Positions 52,866 through 63,577 of a DNA stretch of 64,000 nt are shown here, one piece after another. The first letter of the stretch is position 1; the number at the start of each line of letters is the position of its first letter. This DNA comes from Octopus vulgaris. Lineage: Eukaryota. The notes beneath the pieces were generated by a model. That model was not told the origin of the DNA. It searched no databases and was given only the letters and a program-made list of their open reading frames with translations. The stretch covers positions 94,550,001 to 94,614,000 of the forward strand of contig OX597816.1 of the NCBI GenBank assembly GCA_951406725.2, written 5' to 3'. A program made the translations under genes and the position numbers.

Positions 52866-54636
52866 TGCCTCACTCATGAAAAGGAAATTAGATTTAACTC
52901 CTGAAAAGATACCTGATAAAAAATACAAATTACAAGCAGAAGAACCGGTTGACAAATCACCTGTAAAACAACATAAAACCCCCAAACCCCCACCTCCAAA
53001 CTCACCAACAGTTTCTAAAAAGCCTGAACCCCAACAAAATGTTATTAGTTCTCTGGGTAACTCTGTAAAAACTCCCTCTTCATCTGTTCCCACACTTGAT
53101 TCACCCACACAGATCAGTTTAGATAATACTCCTGTCATGTCTGTATTAAAAGATGCCAATGAAAAGGTCTCAAATGCTATGGTTCAAAACATAGTTCAGT
53201 CTTTCTCTCCTTGTCAGATGGAGAAGGTATCTGATCTCATAATGACTACATCTACCACTACTCCTGAGCAGTCTCTTCAAGAGGAGGTTCAGCCTACAAT
53301 AACAGCAGAAGCAGAAACTCCTTGTGCAACCATTGGTACCAATTCTTTAGAGAGTTTTAATGTTGCTACAGACAATTCTGATTCTCTTTTAAGCAAAGAA
53401 ATTTCTGAAAATATTCAAATCTTTCAAAATATTCAAAAAGATGCAAAACTGAAGGAAGATCAAATACAAATGACACTTCCTTCTCAGATGGAAGAGAGTA
53501 TTCCTGAAGAAATGCAACATGAAAAGTCTATTTCTAAATCATTAGATAAGTCTGATAGCAAAGCAGATCATGTTATTATTGTCCAACAAGAGCAGCAGCT
53601 CGATCAAAGTTCTGAATTCTTTATAGGAGAGAAGGAATTGATTCAAAAAGATCTCTGTGAAACTAGTGTAAATAATGAGCTTAATTCAGTTGACCAATTT
53701 AGTTCAATTCCAACAGTTGCTTTACAAAACTCCATCCCATCTTCTGTAGTAGAACCTTCTTACGATGTTGAGGTGTCATTACCTTCTGCAAAACCCATCA
53801 TAACCTTTGCTGAACAACTACCCCATACCTCCCCATACACAGTTTCACTTTTGAACAATAGCAGTAAAGATAAGGAAGCAGTTGAATCTCTCATGAACGA
53901 AACCAGCATTTCTGAGAAAGTGTTAGAAACACCAAATGTAATGATGTGTTTGTCATCAGGTGGAGCAGAGCTTGTCTCTGGAAGCATGGCTCTTGATGTC
54001 GCGACACATGACGATGCTCAGAGGTTGGAGACAGAGGCAGCAATTCAAGAAATAACTGCTTCATTTACGCAAACATTTAATGGTAATGACATTGTTGTTA
54101 CATCTGAAAAAGATACCATCCCAAAGTCCTCTCTGTCATTGGCTGAAGCTGCCAAGATGGTAGCTGAATCTCAGACTATTGTTGACTTGCAAGAGGAAGT
54201 TACATTACCGATAAATTCTCTCACACATTGTACAGTACAGCAAATCTCGGAAACTACCAGTTCCATTGCTAGTAATAATTCAAATGGAGTGCCACCCACT
54301 GCCGTTGCTTCTACTCAGACACCTTTACAGCTACCCAGGAAAGGAGTCAACTCAGCTAAAGTCGGTTCCATTATTAAGTCTTTACCTTTGAATGCATCAA
54401 GTCACTCCAAACTGAATGATAAATTAGATGTAGAAGACGAGTGTAATGATGATGAGGAGGATGAAGAAGAAGAGGAAGAGGAGGATGAAGAGGATGATGA
54501 AGAAGAAGAAGAAGAAGAAGGTATTGATGCAGCAGAAGTTCCCAATCAGAAATTAACTCAGGAGTTCATTATAGTTCATCTACCTGAAGGAACGCAAATT
54601 AAGAGGCAACGTGTGGATCATAGAAGTAAAGAAGAG
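52866..54636 (+). CDS. Zinc-finger protein, coding exon 3 (disordered, with an acidic tract)
   Basis: ttttag|..ASLMKRKLDLTPEK ... RSKEE|gtattt; D/E run at ~54445-54520. Confidence 0.9.
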
Positions 54637-55485
54637 GTATTTATTTTTTTTGTGTTAAACAACTCTTTTCTTTTTTCTCTCTTAGATAAGTGTAATAATT
54701 TGTCAGAGATGCATTCTGAAAAATGCATGCTCATATGCACACACATAAGGAGAATGTTTTCATGCACTGGTGCAAATTGATATGCGTGCAAAGTACTACT
54801 GCTGGTGGAAATATGTTTAGTTTGGTAATTTATCTTTATCAGTGGTAACTGAAGATATTAGTCTACACCTACCTTCTTATGCAATTTGTCTTATGTCTTC
54901 ATTGTTGAAAGAATGAAAGTGAAAGTGGCGGAAATGGGTAGGTGGAAGGTGACACATGACAATCATTGTTATCTTTTACTTGTTTCAGTCTTTAGACTGT
55001 GTCCCTGCTGGGGTGCCAGCTTGAAGAAATTTTAGTCAAATGAATCAACCCCAGTATTTTTTTTAAGCCTTGCTAGTTATTCTGTCAGTCTCTTTTGCTG
55101 AACCACTAAGTTATGGGGATGTAAACACACCAACACCATTTGTCAAATGGTAGTGAGGGACAAACAGAACAAAGACCACACATACCTGTATACAAGCTTC
55201 TTTCAGTTTCCATCTTCCAAGTCCATTCACAAAACTTTAATTGGCCCAAGGTTATAATGGAAGACACTTGCTCAGTGGGACTGAACCTAGAACTATGTGG
55301 TTGGGATGCAAGCTTCTTACCACACAGCCATGCCTGTGCCTATAGTGGAATTTCTTTTAGAGATGTAGAAGTTTCATTACAAAATTGTCCTCCATCGATT
55401 TGCATTTTGTTCTTTTATCAAGGAAAAGCAATACTGTTGACTTGTTAGAAATTTGTAATTAATGTTGATAATTTATATTTTTCAG

Positions 55486-55594
55486 GGTCTAGTTGGTGTG
55501 AGAGTTGATGTAAATGGCTGTTATAAATGTACAGAATGTGACTATTGTACAGTAAAGAAGGTAAACTGGTATAAACATCGAAAGAAACATTTAG
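55486..55594 (+). CDS. Zinc-finger protein, coding exon 4 (finger 1)
   Basis: ttcag|GLVGVRVDVNGCYKCTECDYCTVKKVNWYKHRKKHL|gttagt. Confidence 0.92.
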
Positions 55595-56297
55595 GTTAGT
55601 AAAATCATTTAACAGTATATTATATTGCTCTTGTGCTTAACTACATAGAATTAAACTATTATTTGTATATATATATATTTATAATGGTAATGTTTGTTTT
55701 TATGTTTAGTTATAATAAGATCAATTTTACATTAATCTGAGGTGTTACTCTGTAGAGCACAAATTTATTATTCTTAAACAAGAATATTGTTGACAGTGAC
55801 TTTGAAGTTTCAGCTTGTTAAGCCATATTGTTCATCTTTCAATTTTTTTGTGTAATGTATAAATGTAAATGCCTCTAGCATCTCCAAGAATCAGTGTTTT
55901 AGTTTCATGTTGAGTAGGTGAGAGATACAAATCTCGTCATGGATAAGATGTTTGTCTATCGTAGGTAATCTGGTACCATTTCTTCAAGTGCTAGCCTAGA
56001 CTGATAATGAAGTTTTTCTGACCATGGCATTATAAAATGCATAAAATAATAATTTCTCTTAATTTAATTTTGTAAATTCCATAACTATGATAAAGAAATT
56101 AAGCTGACTTTAGCATAATTTGATATCCCAATTAAAAATTACTTAAGTCTTTACATAGTTATCATTAAGTTCATTAGTTCAACAAACTTTTTACTGATGC
56201 TGGTAGTAATGTTACTTTCAGCATCTGTGTTGCTGTGTATACAACTTAATTTTCTTTAGTTTTGATCTCATTTTGTGATGAGAATCATGAATATTTA

Positions 56298-56835
56298 TCA
56301 TCATCATCATTTAATGTCCGTTGTCCATGCTGACACGGGTTGGATGATTTGACCAGGGCTAGTAAGCTGAGGGGCTGCACCAGATTCCAGTCTGATTTGG
56401 CTGGATGTCCCTCCTAACACCAACCACTTTCCAAGTGTAATGGGTGCTTTTATGTGCCACCGGCATGGGTGCCAGTTGCATCACACCAGTATCTATCACA
56501 ACAACAATTTCACTCAGCTCAATGGATTTTCCTTCTCAAGCACAGCATACTGTCAAAGGTCTTGGTGATTTGTCATTGTCTCTGTGAGGCCCAGTGCTTG
56601 AAAGGTGCTTTTCATGTGCCACCTGCACAGTTGCCAGTTCTGTGACACCAGCATCAGCCACATTGCTTCCATGAGACCCAATACCCAAAAGGTGCTTTTT
56701 ATGTGCCACTGGCATGGATGTCTGTTACAGGACACCAACAATGGTCACAACTATGATTTCACTTGGGTTGATGGTTCTTCACAAGCATAGCATATCGCCA
56801 AATGTCTCTTCCACTAGTCATTGCTTCCGTGAAGG
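56298..56835 (-). mobile_element. RTE LINE 3' UTR fragment
   Basis: (ATC)n tail plus ggtgcttttatgtgccac subrepeats. Confidence 0.8.
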
Positions 56836-57014
56836 TTTTCTTAGGCTCAACAGTGAATTAGTTAAAGTACCAGACTCTTACATCATGCTGTATTTTCACC
56901 CAGAGAATACTCATCTCTGTATGTCTAATGAAAAAATCATAATTTGAAACTTCAATGTATTCATGAACTTCTCTTTTCTTGTTAAAATTAATTTTAAATC
57001 TGTTTCAAACCTAG

Positions 57015-57184
57015 GTCTGCGACCCCACAGCTGCATCAAGTGTAACTACAAAGCAACAACTAGCAGTAACTTAAAACGCCACATGGCAATACATGCAGAC
57101 CTTCGAGAATATAAGTGCAACCAGTGTTCTCATTACTTCAGACAGAAAATCCACTTAGAGAGACATATGAAGTACAAACATGAA
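57015..57184 (+). CDS. Zinc-finger protein, coding exon 5 (fingers 2-3)
   Basis: ctag|GLRPHSCIKCNYKATTSSNLKRHMAIHADLREYKCNQCSHYFRQKIHLERHMKYKHE|gttagt. Confidence 0.93.
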
Positions 57185-57860
57185 GTTAGTAAATAGAAAT
57201 TTTCTTTTCCTTACATTCTGTTCCACAAGACATTAATGCTACCTTCATAAGAGGTTTTGTTACACATACAAAAGTGTATCCTCTTAAATTTCCACTTTCT
57301 TCTTTTCACTATTCAGCATTGCTTCCTACAATACTATACCATGTAACTTATCATTACAATTCATTGTTTCATTAGACAGATTAATGTGTAAGAGCAATTG
57401 TAATGCATCATTCTAGCCAATATAGACTTTAACAAGATGTTATGCAACACTTGAGGCAAGTGCCTTCTTTGCCAAAGCTCTGGTTGAGTAATATCTCATA
57501 TCTTTTTCCAGTGTATATCAGTAAAGTATAAAACCATCCTGATAAGCTGGTAATACTCCCCTCTCACACTTGCTGACTAAAATGTAATAAGCCAGTGATG
57601 GACCCATTGAAAACCTGTAACCAGTGAAATATAAAATAAAATATACTTAATAAAAGGGACATATCTTGAAATACAGGAAAAAAGTATCAAAATATCAATC
57701 TGCATTGATCTACATAGTCTTATCTCAGTCTGTCACTCATTCTCTGTCTATCAATCAGCATCATAGATGTAATATTAGTTATATGGTAGGAAATTGTTTC
57801 TTTAAAAAAGCTGAAAATTTTAAAATAATGATAAACGTTATCTATCTTGCTTTCTTTCAG

Positions 57861-59417
57861 GAGAAAAAAATCCGCTGTCCTCTCTGCACCTATGTATGTG
57901 CAAATGAAAACCCAGACCTGAAAATTCATATTAAACGACGCCATGTGACATCTGAGTCTACTGATGGTGCAATGCAAGCTTTTACTTGTGGTGAGTGTGG
58001 CCTAGTTACGATGAGCAAGAAAGATTTGAAGCAACATGCCAAATTCCATCGCAAGGGACCTGAACTAAAATTATTCTGTGAGCAGTGTAGTTTTGTGACT
58101 GACTGTGAAAGTCGTTTAAGGCGACACGTCCTGACTCATACAAAAGTGAAGCCATTCAAATGTGGTTTGTGTGAATATCGTGGATCTCAGAAAGAACATG
58201 TATTAAGACATATGAAATCACGGCATAGTATAGATATCCAGCGTAACCCCCGGCGACAGCGAGAAGATGAAAACGGCATGGAAAATCTGGAACGAGACAA
58301 AGGTGATTTTACAAGTCGTGATAAAATCTTTGCTTGCAATCATTGCACAATGAAATTTTCCAAGTTGATCAATCTCTACAAACATTTGCATACGCAACAT
58401 AAAACTATCATGCCATCAGGTGGACAGAATGAATTCTATTGTGTAGTTTGTGACTTCAAAACCATCAACAAGAAGAATTTACTGGTGCATATGCGTAAAC
58501 ACAACATGCAAGAGCAAAATCCACCTTCTCATGTATATTCATGTGTTCTCTGTCGCTATGTTAACCCAAAGCGACGGAACTTATTCCAGCACATGATGAA
58601 AAAGCATGGTATTGAGATTGTGATGAATATGAAAGATGACTGGTCATCTAGTTGTTTTATTGACAATAATGTTCCCACAGTGCATGATAAGGGAGAGACT
58701 AATGAACCACAAGTAATGACTGTAAATAATAACGTTGTGACAACTAGTAGTGATGACTGCAACCAATTGATGGTTGTTACTGATGATGGTGGAAGTAATC
58801 CTGTACAGACTGTCATTACAATTGAGGATTTAGCTTCTTCAATGACCAAACCAGTGAAAATGACACAGGTCACCTTACCACCTGAAACTGAAGAACTTTC
58901 CCACAAACAGCTCACTGATGATTTGACACAGCAACAACATGCAGCTGATGCTGTGGAAGGTTTACAAGCTTTGGCAGAACAACCAGGGATTGTTGAACCT
59001 GAATCTCACTCTCAGTCTGATGATAATGAAGATGACATTATCCTTGATGATGAGGATATCAAAACAGAGTCAGTTGAGACTGAAGATATGTGTAACCCAT
59101 CTCCAATTGCAGCTGATGCACCAGCATTAGTTCTTAACCAGTTGCCAGATGATGGTGAGGTGAAAGATAGTGTTGAGCTCACTTCTGACCAGATTGTGCA
59201 CTTGTCACCTGGTGACTATGTTGAAATTAATGGAGAACTTTATAAAGTGGAAATTTCTACAGAGCCTGCTGAAGAAACAGTAACAACAACCGGTGATAAT
59301 GGACTAGAAGCTGTTCCTGTAACAGCAGCTGTATCTGAACTGTTTGGAGCACTTCCTAATTATGATACAACTGTAACTGTTCCTCCTGCATCCTCTACCT
59401 CTACTTTTGTAGCGTGA
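57861..59417 (+). CDS. Zinc-finger protein, terminal coding exon (fingers 4-10 and acidic tail)
   Basis: ctttcag|EKKIRCPLCTY...; seven CxxC..HxxxH fingers; TGA at 59415-59417. Confidence 0.95.
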   Translation, partial: EKKIRCPLCTYVCANENPDLKIHIKRRHVTSESTDGAMQAFTCGECGLVTMSKKDLKQHAKFHRKGPELKLFCEQCSFVTDCESRLRRHVLTHTKVKPFKCGLCEYRGSQKEHVLRHMKSRHSIDIQRNPRRQREDENGMENLERDKGDFTSRDKIFACNHCTMKFSKLINLYKHLHTQHKTIMPSGGQNEFYCVVCDFKTINKKNLLVHMRKHNMQEQNPPSHVYSCVLCRYVNPKRRNLFQHMMKKHGIEIVMNMKDDWSSSCFIDNNVPTVHDKGETNEPQVMTVNNNVVTTSSDDCNQLMVVTDDGGSNPVQTVITIEDLASSMTKPVKMTQVTLPPETEELSHKQLTDDLTQQQHAADAVEGLQALAEQPGIVEPESHSQSDDNEDDIILDDEDIKTESVETEDMCNPSPIAADAPALVLNQLPDDGEVKDSVELTSDQIVHLSPGDYVEINGELYKVEISTEPAEETVTTTGDNGLEAVPVTAAVSELFGALPNYDTTVTVPPASSTSTFVA

Positions 59418-60539
59418 GTGCAACTTTGCTGTAAACTATTGTTAATGCTGTACAGCTGTAAGGGCTCAGTGCTGCAGGGACATCGAACACGGTTTAGAGT
59501 GTAATGTTGCCAGAAAGAGGTGAAGAACTGCAGAATCTATAATGTAGAGTTGCAGAAGTCGATGTGTGTGCGCGCGTGTGTGTGTGTATGGATCTGCAGG
59601 ACTAGCTTTTGAGTGCAAATGTGGAAGAGTGTATACCACAGAGGTCACTCTAGTACTTGTGCAGTTGTAAAAACTTTGAAGTAAAGACTTCTTTAAAGTT
59701 ATATTTGAGCTGTTTGTTGTAGGTCAACCATTAAAGTTTTAACTCAATTATTGATCTTATTGTCCAGGATAGCTACTGCTGCTGCTACTTCTACAACTAC
59801 TACATCTACTACTAATCTTTTTGGTCATCAGCAGCTTTTGATTATGTCTTGTAATTGGTTTAAAATCATTTGAAGTTAAGGATTTGTAATTACATTTTAA
59901 TTTTGTTTCTTCTCTGTTCTGTAATTAATTTCAACATTTTTCCGATAAAACAACAAACAAATAAAGAAACACCAACAGCAACAAGCTCAAAAACAACCAA
60001 GAAAGCAGTTCCCCTGCAGCATTCCTAAATTTAAATAAAATGTCCTGCCCTAAAGCCTTTTGATTCATGCAAAAGAGAAATGGTTTTTCTATCTTCTTTC
60101 CCCAAGATAAACTGTTCCTGTTTAAGGATATCCTTTCAAGGGATGAGTTTGAACTAAAGAATTGTTGAAGAATATTTGTTGATGTTTAGTTTTTCCTTTA
60201 ACATTCTTGATATTTCTTCTGCAGTCCCTAGTTCACACATTTTCTCTTTCTTCTTGTGTGTGTGTGTTAAATAGTAGAGAAATGGATAATATACTAAAGT
60301 TATAATGTTAATATCTTAACCTCAGTGACTCATAACATCAAAATTAAGCTGTCATTGGAAAAAAGGAAATATTACAGGTTGTGTTACACAACAAAAACGT
60401 GGAAAAAAATCTATTTTTATTGTTATACTAATAATCTTGAGAATTATTGTTTTCTCTAATCTCAGGTTGATAAATGACTTATGAATGAATTTTGGTAAAT
60501 GGAAACTAAATGGAATCCTCTTGTGTGTGTATTTATATA

Positions 60540-61332
60540 TTGTATTGTCAGATAAATTCATTTGTTTTGTTTTTTCCATTTATTTTAATTCTTATTTTTC
60601 ACCAGCAATTTTAACAAATAGATCAATAATGTAATCTCTTTTCTTGTTTATGACTTCTTACCAATGTTCCATTAACTTGTCAGTACTTTGACAGTAGAAA
60701 CCACTGAGTCTTCACTCAAAGAATTCATTGAGCCACTTTTTCAACTCCATGTTGTTGAACTAAATACCTTACAGACTGCTGGAGGACAGCTTGAAAAGGC
60801 GATAATCTGAAGGTGTTATATCAGGAGAATACAGTGGGTGCAATAGACCTTACCAATCAAGTGAAGATGATGGGTAACAGTATCATGGGAGCTTCACTTT
60901 TGTGGATTGATATGGATCCTCATGGATGAGTTTGTACAATTCATCTTCAATGAACTAAACAGGTCAGCTGAAATGCAGAGCATCTGTGAGGTCAAATTTC
61001 TCTTCCTTGTCATGTAAAAACATTTCCTATGCAGTTCTTTCAGTAATAGTGCCTTCTCCACACAGAACACAAATTTCTCAAGCTGTTTTTGGCAGCTTTG
61101 GAACCTTGATTGAGAGCAAAGAGAAGCAGGTGTCAAAAATGCTCGTTTTTTTACCTTCTTGGCAATCTGTCATCATATCTCTGTAAAGAAGTAAAATTTA
61201 TTCAGATTTCAAAAGCAATAAACAAATTGTAGAGAAAGAATAGAGCTATGAAAAACCATAAAACATTGTGATGGAAATATAAAAATATTTTTTGTATTGG
61301 AAAGGAACAAATGAATTTATCTAACAATCCAT
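60540..61332 (-). mobile_element. Degenerate, internally deleted mariner
   Basis: TIRs ttgtattgtcagataaattcatttgtt / aacaaatgaatttatctaacaatccat, flanked by TA; minus strand ~60790-60840 reads HPLYSPDITPSDYRLF. Confidence 0.8.
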
Positions 61333-61350
61333 TATATATATATATATATA

Positions 61351-62643
61351 CGAGGGACGTTCAATAAGTAATGCCCCTGGCCCACTTCCAATTATGTGAT
61401 CTAGCTGAAATTTTGCATGTGCAATTATTCATATCTCTATAGATTAAGTGGCAAATTACAGCTCTGAACGAATTGTGGTTTCGGATTTACAGGTGTTTTA
61501 ACTGAGTCAAGTGTGAAATGGAGCCTGTTGAGTGTCGAGCAGTGATCCGGTTTTTGTATTTGAAAGGACGCACACCACAGGAGACTTTTGATGAAATGAC
61601 AGTAACTTATGGTGATGATGTCCCATTATATGACCTTGTAAAACACTGGCATCGTGAATTCAAACATGGTCGGAACTCTGTGGAAACAGCTTCCAGGTCT
61701 GGTCGGCCCCCTTCTGCCATTGATGAGGCATCTGTCCGTCAAGTTGAGGCTGCCATTTTGGAAGATCGACGCATAACAATTCGCCAAATAGCCCATCAGG
61801 CCAGAATTAGTACCGGGTCTGTGGAAACTATCATTCATGACCATTTGCATATGCAAAAGGTGTCTGCCAGATGGATTCCCAGGTTGCTCACACCTTTCCA
61901 GAAGCAAGAACGCGTCGAGTGCTCAAGGATGAATTTGGAGATGCGCCATGAAGATCAGTCAAAATTTTTCAAAAGACTGATTACACAGGATCAAACCTGG
62001 GTCCATCACTATGATCCAGAGACCAAAGCCCAGTCAATGCAGTGGAAGCACCGTGACTCACCTCCTCCAAAGAACGCAAGGGTGCAGTCCTCCGCTGGCA
62101 AGGTCATGCTCACAGTCTTCTGGGACCAGGACGGAGTAGTGATGACAGATTTCCTGGCAAAGGGTACCACAATTACAGCAGCCTATTATGCTTCACTTTT
62201 GAGGAAATTAAGAGAAGCTATCAAAATCAAGAGGCGGGGCAAGATCAGCAAAGGCATCCTCCTCCTGCAGAACAACGCTCCGGTTCACTACTCGCGTGTC
62301 GCCAGATCAGAAGCACAGGCGTGCGGCTATGAACTCCTCCCCCATCCCCCCTACTCTCCTGACCTTGCACCCTCTGATTTTCACCTCTTCCCAGCCATGA
62401 AGTTGTTTTTGAAAGGAAAGCGTTCCCCAGATGATGCAGCCTTGATTTCTGAAGTCACGTCGTGGTTGGAGGACCAAGCTGGGGTCTTCTACAAAAACGG
62501 TCTCCAGAGCTGCATCAAAGGATGGGAGAAATGTGTAACTCTGGGTGCTTTCTATGTAGAAAACGACTAATAGCTGTGCCAAGATTCGTTGCTCTACTGC
62601 TATGGGAAGTGGGTCAGGGGCATTACTTATTGAACGCCCCTCG
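61351..62643 (+). mobile_element. Full-length mariner transposon (1293 bp), irritans/Hsmar2-like termini
   Basis: 39-bp TIRs with 2 mismatches (cgagggacgttcaataagtaatgcccctggcccacttcc); TA on both sides. Confidence 0.97.
61518..62570 (+). CDS. Mariner transposase, 350 aa, second catalytic Asp replaced by Asn
   Basis: HTH region; WIPRLL linker; ITQDQTW; LLQNNAPVH (canonically H/Q-D-NA); YSPDLAPSDFHLF; 34-residue spacing preserved. Confidence 0.93.
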   Translation: MEPVECRAVIRFLYLKGRTPQETFDEMTVTYGDDVPLYDLVKHWHREFKHGRNSVETASRSGRPPSAIDEASVRQVEAAILEDRRITIRQIAHQARISTGSVETIIHDHLHMQKVSARWIPRLLTPFQKQERVECSRMNLEMRHEDQSKFFKRLITQDQTWVHHYDPETKAQSMQWKHRDSPPPKNARVQSSAGKVMLTVFWDQDGVVMTDFLAKGTTITAAYYASLLRKLREAIKIKRRGKISKGILLLQNNAPVHYSRVARSEAQACGYELLPHPPYSPDLAPSDFHLFPAMKLFLKGKRSPDDAALISEVTSWLEDQAGVFYKNGLQSCIKGWEKCVTLGAFYVEND

Positions 62644-62835
62644 TATATCTATACATATATATGTAAATGTAGAATGCTGGAATGAGTACTCATCACTGCA
62701 TTGGTGGATAAATAGATTGTTTTCCAAAATGGAAGTGAACACCTTTCTCCATGCAATCAAAAAATTAAGATACTTGGATATTCTTCTACTCTTCTTAACA
62801 TGAAACCAATAGTAGCCTTTATTCACAAATAAAGA

Positions 62836-62879
<44 letters not shown>

Positions 62880-63020
62880 GTAATGGTGTCAATAAGACCC
62901 AAAAGTGTCAGGTAATGCTGAATAGGTGCTATGGACAGACTATAGTTAAGCTCTAGGTTTGGTAATAATGCGAATGAGGAGCCCAACGTAGGTCATATAT
63001 CAGCATGTGTATATATTAAA

Positions 63021-63275
63021 AAAAATTAACAGAATGAGATAAAAAATCCAAGGCTGTGAAAGATTTCAGAACATTCATAAATAGGTCTTACAGCTGTTTC
63101 CGGGATTATATATATCCCTTCATCGGAGACAGTGTGAGAAAATGGTTAAGCAATAGTTATTCTAGATAAGATATTTGTAAACGGTGTTATTGAATTAATT
63201 CAATAACACCATTTACAAACTCTTTGCTTGGAATGACCAATTTTAAATACTATTGGAACTTACAAGTACAGGAAT

Positions 63276-63313
<38 letters not shown>

Positions 63314-63558
63314 ATTCTGCCTAAATAGTGGAACTACAGATACAATATCCCTGCATATCTCACGTCTATTTTCATTCCTCCACTTCACTCTCTATTTCAT
63401 ATCTTATCTAGAATAACTATTGCTTAACCATTCTCTCACACCCTCTCCGATGAAGAGATATATAAAATATCCTGGAAACAGCTGTAAGACCATCTCTTTA
63501 TAAATGTTCTGAAATCTTTCATGGGCCTTGAATTTTTTTATCTCATTCTGTTAATTTT
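63021..63558. mobile_element. Fold-back element (family E) with ~155-bp inverted arms, Penelope pLTR-like
   Basis: 63021-63174 is the reverse complement of 63399-63558; flanked by TA-rich tracts; each arm holds a hammerhead-like motif. Confidence 0.8.
63085..63130 (-). ncRNA. Minimal type-I hammerhead ribozyme motif, U4C core variant (second copy at 63443-63490, +)
   Basis: GTCT CCGATGA A GGGAT-atatata-ATCCC G GAAA CAGCTG TA/AGAC: stem I GTCT:AGAC, stem II GGGAT:ATCCC, palindromic stem III ACAGCTGT, GUA triplet. Confidence 0.65.
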
Positions 63559-63577
63559 ATATATATATATATGTTCA

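Noticed and set aside
57666-57860. N-terminal 65 aa of the 583-aa ORF
   Set aside because: Intronic; acceptor at 57860 with the correct phase.
61518-62570. SETMAR-like domesticated gene
   Set aside because: No SET-domain exons are visible, and TIRs and the TA duplication are intact, so it is a transposon copy.
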